Counted from the first letter of the whole stretch, positions 13,649-26,892 are shown. The stretch: 63,268 nucleotides of DNA, filler included, from Octopus bimaculoides (GCF_001194135.2; 4 parts of 4 records of this genome joined end to end with filler, not necessarily neighbours in it), one strand, 5' to 3'. Notes: generated by a model from the sequence alone, not told the origin. Translations and numbers: made by a program.

Positions 13649-14458
13649 TATTTAAAACAGTTTGATTTCAGTTCCATGTGACTTAGTTTTGCAGAAGCCC
13701 ACCTCTTTCAGATAATCTAAAGTCTGAAAGAAACAGGCCTCTGTTAGAGGCCTACGAAACTTTAAGTCACATGAAATCAAATCAAACTGTTTTAAATAAT
13801 ACATGTAACTCCTACTAAATGTGCTGAGTGCCCTTTTCTTTCATGTCTTCTTGTCTTAAAATTGCATGATAGTCGTAAATGAGTGTAACTATCATGTAAG
13901 CAGGGTCTTTCATTTCCATTCTTTTGTGAAAAACATGTCTGATCATGGAGAAATATTACCTTACTTAGAAACAGGCAAGGGTTGGTGACAGAAAGGGCAT
14001 AGAAAATCTGTCTTAACAAATTCCACCCACCCCATACAAGCATGGAAAAGTGGACATCAAAAGGAGAGCAGCACCAACGAAGATATTATTCTAGTAGTAT
14101 GTTGCCTACATTTGCAGTTATTAGCTGCAGTGCCAGTCAGTCACATCAATTGATGAAATTAGCTAATGAGAGTTGGTAGTCAGATAGCTGAAGCTGAAAT
14201 CTTGGAGTGATGGAAGCTCAAGTATGGTATGGTGTAGTTTGCAATTAGATTAGCTGATAACCAAAATTTGATCAGAGGAGATTGCAATCATAGAGAAGAA
14301 TACTGAGAGAAGATACGAGGATTATTTCTGTGAGGTTAGATCTCAAAAAAAAAAAAAAACCCACTTTGACCTTGCAGTAATAGTAGTAATAATACTAGAA
14401 GATTGAAATGAATGTCAATCAATATACTGTATGACAGGCCTGTGTAATCTATCTAAGT

Positions 14459-14875
14459 CAGGGGTTCTCAACCATTTTCTATATATATAGACCCCTTTGA
14501 TTACTATTTCATTCTGGTGGAGCCCCATAGCTATTTGATGTTTAAAAACTAGTTTCATAGATACTTCTTTCAAAATTACTATTTTGCATTTCACACATTC
14601 ACTTGTGTCAGTTGAACTATGTTAAATGTTAAAGAAAGAAACCTAATTGTTTCTTGCAATAAATACATCTTAATAAAAATTTTCCATTACATAAGTAGTA
14701 CATTCTGTAAAGTGGCTGGTGTTAGGAAGGGCATCCAGCTGTAAACAGTTGGAGCCTGAAGAAACTGTAAACCCAAACTACTTGTGAGTCTTCAATTTAC
14801 TATTTTGCTTGTGTGGACTGCCGAAAATTTCATATGAACCCCAAGGGTCATATGAACCCTATTTGAGAACCACTG
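14459..14875. mobile_element. hAT-type MITE
   Basis: TIRs caggggttctcaa / ttgagaaccactg. 8-bp TSD ATCTAAGT (14451-14458) / ATCTAAGC (14876-14883). Confidence 0.85.
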
Positions 14876-15611
14876 ATCTAAGCTAATATATATAGCAAAA
14901 CACATGCCTGCACCTAATTCGTTGACATAAATGGACGTCAGAGAGAGAATACAAAGGCATACCTCAACTTGGTTTCAACTTATTCGTTTTCTTTTAAAGA
15001 AATTAATGGAAAAAACAATTCTCAAATTCAATCAATTTACCTGACTTTATGGTCAGTCTCAATGAACACATTTAAAAGTATAAAAAATTTTAAATGCCTA
15101 AAAAACGCAACACCACAGTGCAAAATCACATAAAATACTTTCAGGCATGTCCTATCCATAAATACATACAGCCATACCCACCACTCCCTCTCTCAGCCAA
15201 GAAGTCTTTGCCTTGTGAGCTACATATAAAGCGCCAGTGCCTACATATAAAGCGCCCATACTGGCATTACATAAGTAGTACATTCTGTAAAGTGGCTGGT
15301 GTTAGGAAGGGCATCCAGCTGTAAACAGTTGGAGCCTGAAGAAACTCTCTTGCTTCTCAGCTCCTGTCAAACTGTCCAACCCATGCTAGTATGGGAAATG
15401 GGCATTAAATGATGCTAAAGCTGATGATGTATATAAATCATTTATTAAAACAGATGTAAGCTAATAAAGATTTTTTTAATGTTTTTTCATATTACATCGT
15501 TTGTCACGTTAAGTTGCATATTTTGGAAACAATTACCAACCTAAGATGAGGTATGCCTGTAGTAGAACAAAAGGAAAATGCTTGTATGTGAACAATAAGA
15601 CATCAACTTAC

Positions 15612-15704
15612 CGTAAGATTCATGAAACCTAAAAACTTCTTCAAAATTCTTATCATTGGCTCAAAACCATTTGGAAGATATTCCTTCACTTTCTCAACAT
15701 TGCT
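15612..15704 (-). CDS. WAPL: WAPL penultimate coding exon
   Basis: ttctaatcatacAG / GTAAGT. 93 nt, phase 0/0, SNVEKVKEYLPNGFEPMIRILKKFLGFMNLT (cf. WAPL [27 protein letters not shown]). Absent from the ORF track. Confidence 0.94.
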
Positions 15705-15959
15705 CTGTATGATTAGAAAGTAGATTATTATCATTACTAATTAATTAATTAATTAATATCAATTTAGGAGGCAAATGGTGTGGAGAAAAGGGAGTTCGTA
15801 AAACAAGCATCCTAGCAGAAATATGGAAATATAAACAGAGAGAGAGAGAGAGAGAGAGAAAAAGAGAGAAAGAAGATGGATGGACTGAACATGTAATCAT
15901 AAGTAAGAAGCATTTCAGTCTGTATGGTTCTGCAGATTTCATAGGAGTAATAACAGTAC

Positions 15960-16190
15960 ACAGAAAAATAACTAAGTAATAACTTGAAGGGGATAATAAT
16001 ACAATGAATAACTATACACCTAATAACAACCTACTGAATAACCACTTATAAAGTAATAACTATACACTGAGTAATAACTTTATCAGTAATAACTATACAC
16101 CTCCATAGAGTAATAACTTACCTAATAATAATAATTGTACACTATACATTATGTAATAACTTATTAAGTAATAAATGTACAGTGAGTAAT
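15960..16190 (+). repeat. Degenerate AT-rich minisatellite
   Basis: Recurring agtaataactatacac motif. Confidence 0.55.
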
Positions 16191-16699
16191 GACTTCCATT
16201 TGTTTGAGACAGCTGATTGTCCCACTGACAATATCATGTCCCAACAGGAAAAATTATTAGTGAATGACTTGTCAAAAATAGCAGCCAAATCTCTCCCAAA
16301 TAATAACCAGCCATCTTAGTTCCTGATACACACACAAAAGCTGGAATGGTTGTCATGACTGGAATGCCCACTGATCATAGTTTCTATTCAGTCAGAAATG
16401 AGAACTGCTGTTATTGTTGTTTAGCCTACATGATTGGGAACAACAACAGAACAAATGAATGAGGAGAGGAGGAAATGAACAGGAGTTATTATGCTAAGAC
16501 AGAATTGAACTCTTCAGTGACACAATAAACAGTATCATTGCATTATATACCAACACTATGTCAATACTAGTGTACTAAGTAAAAGTAATAACTCTGCTTC
16601 TGGTGTTTCCCCAATATGGATTCCAGGAAACCCTAGGGTTCTGCAAGTTAAGGTGCCCCAGAATCCCTTGCAGGAATGAGTTGAGTGCGTTACCAAGAC

Positions 16700-17070
16700 A
16701 GGCATGGCTGTGTGGTAAGAAGTTTGCTTCCCAACCTCTTCATTTCAGGTTCAGTCCCACTGCATGGCACTTTGGGTAAGTGTCTTCTACTATAGTCTCA
16801 GGCCGATCAAAGCCTTGTGATAGGATTTAGTAGACAGAAACTGAAAGAAGCCTGTCATTTATGTGTGTGTCTTTGTGTCTGTCCCCCACTGGTGCTGACA
16901 TGTTTATGTCCCCGTAACTTAGCAGTTTGGCCAAAGAGACCAATAGAATAAGTACTCAGCTTCAAAAAAAAAAATAAATAAATAAATACTGGGGTCAATT
17001 CATTCAACTAAAAAATTCTCCAAGGCAATGCCCCAGCATAGCTGAGTAATGAGTGAAACAAGTAAAAGAT
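16700..17070 (+). mobile_element. SINE family A, older copy
   Basis: Diverged but collinear. Further partial or older copies near 3480-3670, 3950-4150, 6160-6430, 7290-7770, 12537-12690, 19430-19620, 22840-23020, 26180-26305, 44010-44310, 44550-45005, 47075-47190, 51450-52140, 53430-53545. Confidence 0.82.
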
Positions 17071-17112
17071 ACCATCATTGTGAATGAAGTTGTTCTGTGA
17101 CACACACAACAG

Positions 17113-17517
17113 TGATTAGCATATCTGCATTCCAATCTGCCATAACAAACTAATAAATATGCAAGTTATCATTTCAGATCTTGCTGTTCATGGTATGAAC
17201 AATGATTTATTATTGGCTGGCAAATATCAGCACTGATCAGCAAACTGTTTGTTCACTGAAATTAACAAAGCCCCTGGCTGCTTGTTTAGGCTCAAAAGCC
17301 CAGATGCTTCTGACTGATGAGACACATCATGCAAAGATAGTGGTATCCCAGAACTTTCTTGCACCAATGAATCAAGTGTGTTTTGAGTACATTGGCAATA
17401 GTAAAAAAGAGGTGTTCTCCTGCGACATACAAAACAATGACTAGCATATTTGCATTCAAAACTGCCTGAACATGTTAAGAATAAATATGCAAATAATTGT
17501 TTCGGATCTTACTGTTC
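17113..17517 (+). repeat. Old ~78-bp direct repeat pair
   Basis: tgattagcatatctgcattcc..gatcttgctgttc (17113-17189) vs tgactagcatatttgcattca..gatcttactgttc (17438-17517). Confidence 0.55.
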
Positions 17518-17614
17518 TCAGCGAAAATATCGATTTCTAATAAAAATTCATAAAAAAAAAACAAAAACAAAAACATTCATTTTCAAAGTGATACATGCTT
17601 CTTTTTTTTTATAC

Positions 17615-18028
17615 AAGGCGCAGGTGTGGCTGTGTGGTAAGTAGCTTGCTTACCAACCACATGGTTCCGGGTTCAGTCCCACTGCGTGGCCCCTTGGGCA
17701 AGTGTCTTCTACTATAGCCTAGGGCCGACCAAAGCCTTGTGAGTGGATTTGGTAGACGGAAACTGAAAGAAGTCCGTCGTGTATATGTATATATATATAT
17801 GTGTATGCATGTGTGTATGTTGTGTATCTGTGTTTGTCCCCCAATATCGCTTGACAACCGATGCTGGTGTGTTTACGTCCCCGTAACTTAGCGGTTCGGC
17901 AAAGAGACCGATAGAATAAGTACTAGGCTTCCAAAGAATAAGTCCTAAGGTCGATCTGCACGACTAAAGGCGGTGCTCCAGCATGGCCGCAGTCAAATGA
18001 CTGAAACAATTAAAAGAGTAAAAGAGTA
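17615..18028 (+). mobile_element. tRNA-derived SINE family A, full-length young copy
   Basis: Head ggcgcaggtgtggctgtgtggtaag..ggttcagtccc, CORE-like ccttgggcaagtg, central (TA/TG)n, tail ..cagtcaaatgactgaaac(aagtaaaagag)n. Confidence 0.9.
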
Positions 18029-18339
18029 TAAGTTCTCTAGCTAAAATAATTTTAATTCCATTTAGCAGTTTATTAAATTTAGGGCAGTGGTAGAGTTTCT
18101 TAGTAAAATAAAGGTTTGGGTTCCATGATAATGTTTTGCAACAAAATAAGTGTGGGAATGACTGCTTCTATACTAGGTAACACATTAAAGTATAATGAAA
18201 ACGGGCGCTGCTGTAATTTCACCATACTGAATACAAGAACCCTAACTTATGTAATACCTCTGCCGCCGCCGCCACCACCAGCACTTCTGCTACTGGTGTA
18301 AACAACAGCAAGCAGTGACAGGATTTGCATGTATATGTA

Positions 18340-18381
<42 letters not shown>

Positions 18382-19039
18382 CGTATGTATGAATGAATCA
18401 ATATGTATATATGTGCTGACAGAGAAGTAGTGCAAGTATATGTAAGCAGTGTAGCATTCATATAAGGGAGGGGTAAAAACTGTAAGAGCAAGCAGCGAAA
18501 GAAAACTGCCAACGGAGGAGGTGGGTGCAGACAATAACAGTAACAGCTGCTGCTGAAACAAATAAACAGGAAGATCAACTATAGTAACAGTTGACAGTAG
18601 TGACTGGAGAGATACTCGGATAGTGGTGGTAGGAGGGATTAAATATGTAGTAGTGGTCGAAGGAGTAAAAGTGGAGGAGTAGTTGCAGTAGTAAACCTGC
18701 AGTGATGGTGGAAGGGGTAAGAAGTGTAATGATGGTGGTAGGAGTAAAGAGAGAATGGTAGCAGGAGGAGTGAGAGCGAAGTGGTGGTAGGAAGGGGGAA
18801 AGGGTAGTGATGGTAGGAGGAGCAAAGGTGTGGGGGATGGTAGGAGGAGAAAAGGTGTGGGGGGTGGTTGGAGCGGTAACAGTTGTAGAGTAGCTACAGC
18901 AAGTTATAACGGGGTGGGTGGGGGTGAGCGTTAATTTGAATAGTAATAAAGCAGAATGAGTGATTCTGCTTCGACTTGTGTATGCATTTAATGTCTTATG
19001 TGTCATAGGAAAACAACTAAGGTGAGGTTCCCCCCTCCC

Positions 19040-19420
19040 TTCCACACTGTCTCAATGAAGATGAAGTTATCTCCAATAGTTGTAATTGTCTTTTACAGCA
19101 CAGAGATGACACCATATGAAGCAAAGTGCATTCTGGGATACATAAAATACACCGGCTACATTGGCAATTACACTTGAACGAAGGCCTCACACAACACATG
19201 GAGGTTTCACCACAAACTACAAGTCATTCACACACCTTTGAAATGCTTTCAGGACAAAAACCACCAGTGGAATGAAATATACTTATAGGGTGCAACGAAT
19301 TGCTTGAGATCTCTTTACTGCCCAATGTGCAGCTGATGCCTTAGATTCCTTGCAAAAGCGATCATTGCAGACTGCAGAATCCTTTTATCAATCACTCCAC
19401 CCCACCACATCAATCAAGAC
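19040..19420 (+). mobile_element. Possible CR1-like LINE remnant
   Basis: Weak motifs ILG..LHWQLHL and LDSLQKRS. Confidence 0.35.
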
Positions 19421-20692
19421 GTATCTTTTATCACTTATCGTCTACTTGTTTCAGTCACTGGACTGCGGCCATGCTGGAGTACTACTTTGAAGGGTTTTAG
19501 TCAAATAAATCGACCCTGATATTTATTCTGCTGGTCTCTTTTGCTGGACTGCTAAATTACAGGGATGTAAACAAACCAACAACAGTTATCAAGTCGTGAT
19601 TGGGGAACAACAGAAACACAAAAAACACATTCATAGATACACACACATGTAGTGTGTGCATGGCACAGTGGGTAGAGCATCAGGCTCACAATCACGAGTT
19701 AGTGAGTTCAATTTCCCAGACTGGGCTATGTGTTGTGTTCTTGAGTAAGACACTTTATTTCACGTTGCTCCAGTTCACTCAGCTGTAGAAATGAGTTGCA
19801 ATGTTACTGGTACCAAGCTGTATCAGTAGAAGACACTTGCCCAAGGTGCCATGTAGTGGGAGTGAACCTGGAACCATGTGGTTGGGAAGCAAGCTTCTTA
19901 CCACACAACTTTGCCTGCACCAACCAACTCTGGTGTACTTGGATATGTCGTTCTTCTGTTTGATTAAGATCTGCTTATTATAGTTATTATAGTTATTCAT
20001 TTACATAAGCTTTACTCAGATTTTCAGATCCAAACATTAAGAGTGCACGTTACACATGTGAACAAAATGTTACTCATTTTTCCACCCAGTCAAGCACATT
20101 GTCATATTGGGTTGGCATGTTTAGAAATCAGTTAATTAATAACTATTGTCCAAGCTAACTGATGTGTAAAAAGTTAATATCATTATAGTAGTTAATGCAG
20201 CATTTTTTAATGATAGTGATATATAAACTATTCAACAAAACTGACAGGCACACGTCTCATAGAATTATTGCTATCAACCTTCTTCAATAAAGAAAGCCAG
20301 AATATAATACTTCCATTATCAAAAATGCTATTTGAAGCATTTTAATGTGAATTATTTAGATTAATGAATAGTGAATAAGGATAATACATAGATACTGTCA
20401 GTAGCAGAATGTAAATATTAACTGAACAAAAGAAAAATAAATACTTGTGCTCCTGGAATAGTTTCTAAAATAAACTGTCACTATTAAGATTTCTATTGAA
20501 AGAGTAAAAATATTTTAACAGAAGCATAACGAAAATATCTAATATTCTGCAAGCATTGTCTCTTATATCCTTCTGTACTGATTGACTCTTTGCTTTTTGC
20601 AAGTTGTCTTTATACGAGATATACTTTTTACAGCCTAAACTGGTAATACTCAAATCACACTTTCAATTTTGTTAATTGTTTAGAGGACACTC

Positions 20693-21082
20693 TCTCTTTA
20701 CTCTTTTACTTGTTTCAGTCATTTGACTGCGGCCATGCTGGAGCACCACCTTTTAGTCGAGCAAATCGACCCCAGGACTTATTCTTTGTAAACCTAGTAC
20801 TTATTCTATCGGTCTCTTTTGCCGAACCGCTAAGTTACGGGGACGTAAACACACCAGCATTGGTTGTCAAGCGATGTTGGGGGACAAACACAGACACACA
20901 AACATATATATACATATATACGACGGGCTTCTTTCAGTTTCCGTCTACCAAATCCACTCACAAGGCTTTGGTCGGCCCGAGGCTATAGTAGAAGACACTT
21001 GCCCAAGGTGCCACGCAGTGGGACTGAACCCGGAACCATGTGGTTGGTAAGCAAGCTACTTACCACACAGCCACGCCTACGC
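20693..21082 (-). mobile_element. SINE family A, full-length young copy
   Basis: Reverse complement near-identical to 17615-18028. Confidence 0.9.
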
Positions 21083-21828
21083 GTGAACATTTTTAATATG
21101 TTTTATAATAAACCTGACTAAACACATTTTCTTTCTAAACATTACAATCCCCTGCCTCCCCTACTCCTCATCATCATTTGACAATCACTTTTGCATGCTT
21201 ATATAGGTCAGCCAGTATCTGTTGAGGCAAATTTTCTGTCGCTGGATGAGCCGTTCCAGTTGCCAACCCTCATCTGTTTCCAAACTAAGTAATACTTCCC
21301 CATGGCCATACATATTTTTCAAAGAAGATTAGAAACGAATAACCTGGCTTGTATGATGGTGATGCTCATTTACAACCATGACATCAAGACAAAGACACAC
21401 ACAAACATGCATTGTGATAATAACCTGGTGTAGAACTCAATATAGGTATGCTTCTGAACAGAGTGTTAGTCAGCTACAGAGAAGTAATAAGGAAAGAGAT
21501 GACAAAGGAATAAACAATTATTGTGTGTGTGTATGTGTATGACAATCTTCTTTCTGCTTCTGTCCACTAAATCCTGGTCAGCCTGGGGCTATATTAGAAG
21601 GCACTTACAGTGGGATTGAAATGAGACCACATGGTTGGGAAACAAGTTTTGTAACCCACACAGTTATGCTTGCAATCTCCATCTACTAAATTCTATCACA
21701 GAGCATTTGTCAGCCCAGTGAGTGGAACTGAAACTGAGACCACATGCTTTCAAAATGAATGTCTTAACCATGCAATGTTTCCAATTAAAATGCTTATTAT
21801 GAAAGAAATAGAATAGTAAGGAACTTAC

Positions 21829-21917
21829 CCGGTTGTCTTGGATAAGGCAACCAATTAACAAGGCAACATAGGCTGCAACAAAGCTGTTTTCCATATGTTT
21901 TCCGGCTTCGTGTAAGG
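21829..21917 (-). CDS. WAPL: WAPL third-from-last coding exon
   Basis: cttttctttttcAG / GTAAGT. 89 nt, phase 1/0, (A)LHEAGKHMENSFVAAYVALLIGCLIQDNR (cf. WAPL [28 protein letters not shown]). Splices in frame to the two downstream exons. Confidence 0.95.
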
Positions 21918-21989
21918 CTGAAAAAGAAAAGAAAATCACAATGGGAAACATTGAACATTAAAATACAAAGCATTTTCTTCACACACAAT

Positions 21990-22830
21990 TACAAAGTGGT
22001 ATCAAAAAGTTCACAGAGTAGTTTCGTAGCACGTCAACAGATGGCAGCACACAACTGCGTGCACAGCAAGAGCTAGCAATGGCCCTCATGACGCAGTGTG
22101 GTAACATTGCTGTGTTTCCTTTGCAATTTGGGAAATTCGTGTTTTTGTGATCACGTGTATGCTGTAGTCTGTGATTTTGCATGAAAAGGAAGTTGGAACA
22201 AAGAGCCAATGGGTCGTATGCGATGTTTTGAATGGCGCTTATAAAGTGGAAGAAACGTCTCTGAAAGATGATGAGCGATCTGGAAGATCTGCCACGAGCA
22301 TCACACCTGGAAATGTAGTACTGTGCATCAAGAATTCATTCCCCAGGGCCAGATTGTCAATTGAGAGTTCTACTGCAATGTCTTGAAGCATTTGAGAGAA
22401 GACATTTAGCGAAAGTGATTGGATCTGTGGAGTGCGAAGAACTGGATTCTTCACAATGACAAGGAACCTTGAAACTACGCTCTCCTCACTCATGAATTTC
22501 TCGCCCAAAACATGGCATCGCTTCCACACCTGTCCTATTTGCCAGATTTGGCACTTGTGGACTTCCATCTCTTCCCCAAAATGAAAATGCAGCTCAAAGG
22601 TCGCTGTTTTAACACTGTTGTTGAGATCCAGAGTGAATCGCAGAGGTCCTTGACTCGCTTACGGAAAACAATTACCAGGCTGGATTTCAAAAGTGGCAGG
22701 AACACTGGGACTGGTGTACTGCTGTGCAAGGTGACTATTTCAAAGGAGATGATGTTAAAACTTAGGTAAATAAGTTAATTTTTTTTTATTAAACATAACT
22801 AGTCCAGGAACCTTTCGATACCACCACAAT
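21990..22830 (+). mobile_element. Deleted mariner element in WAPL intron
   Basis: TIRs gtggtatcaaaaagttc / gaacctttcgataccac. Remnants SLKDDERSGRS and LPHLSYLPDLALVDFHLFPKMKMQLKGRCF. Confidence 0.88.
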
Positions 22831-23075
22831 TTCATCTTTTATTTGCTTCAGTTATTGTAAGCATGTAGCTATGCTGGGGGCAACATCTCGAAGGCATTGG
22901 TCAAACAATCGACCCTAGTACTTATTCTTAAAGTCTGGTACTGATTCTCTTGGTCTTTTGTCAAACTGCTAAGTTACAAAAATGTAAACAAACCATCACT
23001 AGTTGTCAAGCAAAGTGGGANNNNNNNNNNATATATATATATATATATATAATATATAATATATATAGATATATA

Positions 23076-24339
23076 CAGGGTTCATAAGGTATTTGAGAAC
23101 ATACCTTTTTTGGGTCATTGCTGCATATTTTGCTAATTCTGTATAATCTTTGTTTCAGAAAATAATAATGGCAGATCCTCAACTTACTCAAGAAATGAAG
23201 AGGCAGGCTGAGCATAGCAGTTTAGAAATATCTCAATTTTTAAAAGTTGCCAGATCTTTCGAGTACAAAGTTTGTAAGGAGCTAGAGACTAAAGATGGAA
23301 ACATATCACCAGTATCAAAGCATAAAAAGCATTCTAGACACTCTGAAATCATCACAATACTTGAATTTATCCAGCAAGTTCAACAGACCATTGATTACAA
23401 TCCCAGAAAGTCCATGAGGTCAATTGCAAAAGATCTCCATGTGTCAGAACTGTTGTCAATGAAGACATAAGATATAAGTCTTATATGATGAAAAAAGGTC
23501 AATTTGTCAGAAAAAGCAAAACAAAATCACTACATCAGATCTAAAAGGTTCTTAAACAAACTGAAAAATCCAGCAGAAGATTTGATTTGGTTTTTCTCAA
23601 ACGAGAAAAACTTCGATCAAGGTCAAAGAGTTAACAGAAGAAACGACTGATTGTTATGCGCAGACCCTTTTGAAGTTCCAAATGATATATATACAAAATT
23701 TCTCGCAACTGTCATGGTTTTAAGGGTTGTCAGCAATGAAAGACATGTGATACCTCCTTACTTCTTTCCACAAGGCCTTAGAGTTAACTCTGCCACCTAC
23801 ATTGAGGTCCTGGAAGCAATTGTTAATTCCTGGTTAGACAGTGTATGCAATAGAAGGCCAGATGTGTTTCAGTATGACTCAGCACCATCACAAATAGCTC
23901 TAGTAACACAGGAATGGATGGCTGAAAATTTTCATGATTACATAACCCCTAACATTTGGCCTCCTAATTCCCCAGATGTCAGTCAATCCATTGGACTATT
24001 ACATGTGGAGCGTTGTTGAGAGAGGTCAATGAACACGCTCATAACACCAAAGATTCTTTGAAAGCTGCCATAGTCAGAGTAATGCCTCCATTCATCTTCC
24101 CACACAGCCTCACAGCATTCACCAACTTAAACAAGGAAACCGTCCAGAAGAGTTGCAGGAGATCCCAAAGTTGTTTGGAGGCTGTGGTTAAAGCCAATGG
24201 CGATTTTATTGAATAAGTTTACTCTTTAGTATTTCAAGATGTTTTTATGTAATTTTGGTAAATATATCTGTTAAAATGAGATGTCAGTGCTATTTTCATT
24301 TTTGTGTAATTTAGATGACAGTTTATTCACTGCACCCTG
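23076..24339 (+). mobile_element. Decayed maT (DD37D) Tc1/mariner-superfamily transposon, chimeric
   Basis: CAGGGT..ACCCTG ends flanked by TA. Remnants NPRKSMRSIAKDL, FSNEKNF, FQYDSAP..WPPNSPD(V)NPLD giving a 37-residue D-to-D spacing after removing a 4-nt insertion; ends ANGDFIE*. Confidence 0.88.
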
Positions 24340-24358
24340 TATATATAAATATATACAT

Positions 24359-24565
24359 ATGAGGGAATGCTGAAAAGTCTGCGGCTTTGGATAAAAGAAA
24401 ATACAGGAGGATCAGTTAATTATGATTTTATTCAACATATTCCCCTCTCAGATTCAGACACTTTCTCTGCAGCAGTCCTTCAGTTTTTATAAGCTCAGAA
24501 GGCTGGGTCTCCAACCAGTCCTTTCATAATACTCTTAAAGCCAGGCACTTTTCAGCACCCACTCG
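24359..24565. mobile_element. Mariner-type MITE (~205 bp)
   Basis: Ends tatgagggaatgctgaaaagt.. / ..acttttcagcacccactcgt are inverted; no coding capacity. Confidence 0.7.
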
Positions 24566-25160
24566 TGTGTGTGTGTGTGCGCATATATATATATATATAT
24601 ATATACATACATACATACATGCATGCATGCATATATAGGTACATGGTGTCACCAACAGTGCAAATAACATACATGCAAGAGATAGATACAAAATGTGGAC
24701 AGTGATTACAGGACAAAAACGAGTGAAATACGTAAACAAACGAGGGAAAAATGAGTGAAATATGTAAATGACAAAAAAAAAAAAAAAGAAAACAGGACAA
24801 GTTAACACAGAAAAAGGACCCTTCATCAGTTGTCGGCCGTCTATCTACTCATTTCAAGCATTCAAACAATAATATGAGTTTTCAAAAACAGTTGCTCCCA
24901 TAAATTCTAAAATAAAATTTAGGATTTATAGAGGGTGAAAGTTGGGAACAAAAAAAATAACAGTAGAGACATACAAGGAAACCGAACGAAAATAGACATG
25001 GAGGGTCATTAGACCGGAATGAAAGGAGAATAGTGAATGCTGGGAGAGACATTTTTTTGAAAAGAGAAAAGATATAAGGTCCAGTCGTTTAGACGTCTGA
25101 GCAGGAAAAGAAAGATGATCATGTGAGGAAAAGAAGGATGGGCAATGGTCATTTGTGAGC

Positions 25161-25195
<35 letters not shown>

Positions 25196-26083
25196 AAAAA
25201 ACGGAAAGAGGGGAGAGAGACAGANNNNNNNNNNNNNNNNNNNNNNNNNNNNNNNNNNNNNNNNNNNNNNNNNNNNNNNNNNNNNNNNNNNNNNNNNNNN
25301 NNNNNNNNNNNNNNNNNNNNNNNNNNNNNNNNNNNNNNNNNNNNNNNNNNNNNNNNNNNNNNNNNNNNNNNNNNNNNNNNNNNNNNNNNNNNNNNNNNNN
25401 NNNNNNNNNNNNNNNNNNNNNNNNNNNNNNNNNNNNNNNNNNNNNNNNNNNNNNNNNNNNNNNNNNNNNNNNNNNNNNNNNNNNNNNNNNNNNNNNNNNN
25501 NNNNNNNNNNNNNNNNNNNNNNNNNNNNNNNNNNNNNNNNNNNNNNNNNNNNNNNNNNNNNNNNNNNNNNNNNNNNNNNNNNNNNNNNNNNNNNNNNNNN
25601 NNNNNNNNNNNNNNNNNNNNNNNNNNNNNNNNNNNNNNNNNNNNNNNNNNNNNNNNNNNNNNNNNNNNNNNNNNNNNNNNNNNNNNNNNNNNNNNNNNNN
25701 NNNNNNNNNNNNNNNNNNNNNNNNNNNNNNNNNNNNNNNNNNNNNNNNNNNNNNNNNNNNNNNNNNNNNNNNNNNNNNNNNNNNNNNNNNNNNNNNNNNN
25801 NNNNNNNNNNNNNNNNNNNNNNNNNNNNNNNNNNNNNNNNNNNNNNNNNNNNNNNNNNNNNNNNNNNNNNNNNNNNNNNNNNNNNNNNNNNNNNNNNNNN
25901 NNNNNNNNNNNNNNNNNNNNNNNNNNNNNNNNNNNNNNNNNNNNNNNNNNNNNNNNNNNNNNNNNNNNNNNNNNNNNNNNNNNNNNNNNNNNNNNNNNNN
26001 NNNNNNNNNNNNNNNNNNNNNNNNNNNNNNNNNNNNNNNNNNNNNNNNNNNNNNNNNNNNNNNNNNNNNNNNNNNNNNNNNNN

Positions 26084-26154
<71 letters not shown>

Positions 26155-26892
26155 CATACACACACACACACACACAATGGGCACTTCTGCCTACCAAATT
26201 CACTCAGAAGGCATTTGTCAGCCCAGAGCCATAGTAGAATACACCTTCCTATGGTACCACTCAGTGGGGCTGAACCCAAAACCATGTGGTTGCAAAGCAA
26301 GTTTTAAGGATCTGAAACTCCACCATCACCACTGTCATCATCATCATTGCTGCTGACACCATTATCATATGAATCAACAAAGGAGCCTCTATATGGCTGC
26401 TCAGCCTGTTAGAAATAGTAGTCAAATTTCCCTCAAAATCACATCCTTGTATCAACCTTTACCCATCTGAATTTGCTGGTTAAATAACATTTTCTATCTA
26501 TAACTATTACACATGCTTCTCCTCCTTGTATCATACCCACTGCTACAGCACCTCTCCCACAAAGACATTATACAAAATACATCCCCCCCCCATCTGCCCC
26601 TGCCTCACATCATCTCAACTATACCTTTCAAACTTCTGTTCACAACCAACACCCCAACAAAATCTGCCCAAATATTTTGATCTTTATCTTCCCCTCTTCC
26701 TTGAGTTCACTAGAGTAGTAAACAAAAGCATGGAGAAAGAGGGGTAAAAAAGAGAAGAGAATAACAATTAGAGAGGGTGGGGGTGAGGTGGGNNNNNNNN
26801 NNNNNNNNNNNNNNNNNNNNNNNNNNNNNNNNNNNNTTAATTAATTAANNNNNNNNNNNNNNNNNNNNNNNNNNNNNNNNNNNNNNNNNNNN

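Noticed and set aside
17615-17690. tRNA gene at SINE heads
   Set aside because: A/B-box-like motifs are present but continue directly into SINE bodies, and I could not build a complete cloverleaf.
20864-21121. Recurring ORFs with YSRRHLPKVPRSGTEPGTMWLVSKLLTTQP (also 17609, 48625, 59681)
   Set aside because: Antisense translations of SINE family A; not a protein family.
24926-26307. Long ORFs of 360-425 aa (also 6467-7328, 9046-9882, 59667-61055)
   Set aside because: Artefacts of N runs and dinucleotide repeats.
26837-26848. TTAATTAATTAA inside N runs (also 54265-54276 and 58979-58990)
   Set aside because: An identical 12-mer centred in gaps three times, with stops in all six frames: an assembly spacer, not biology.
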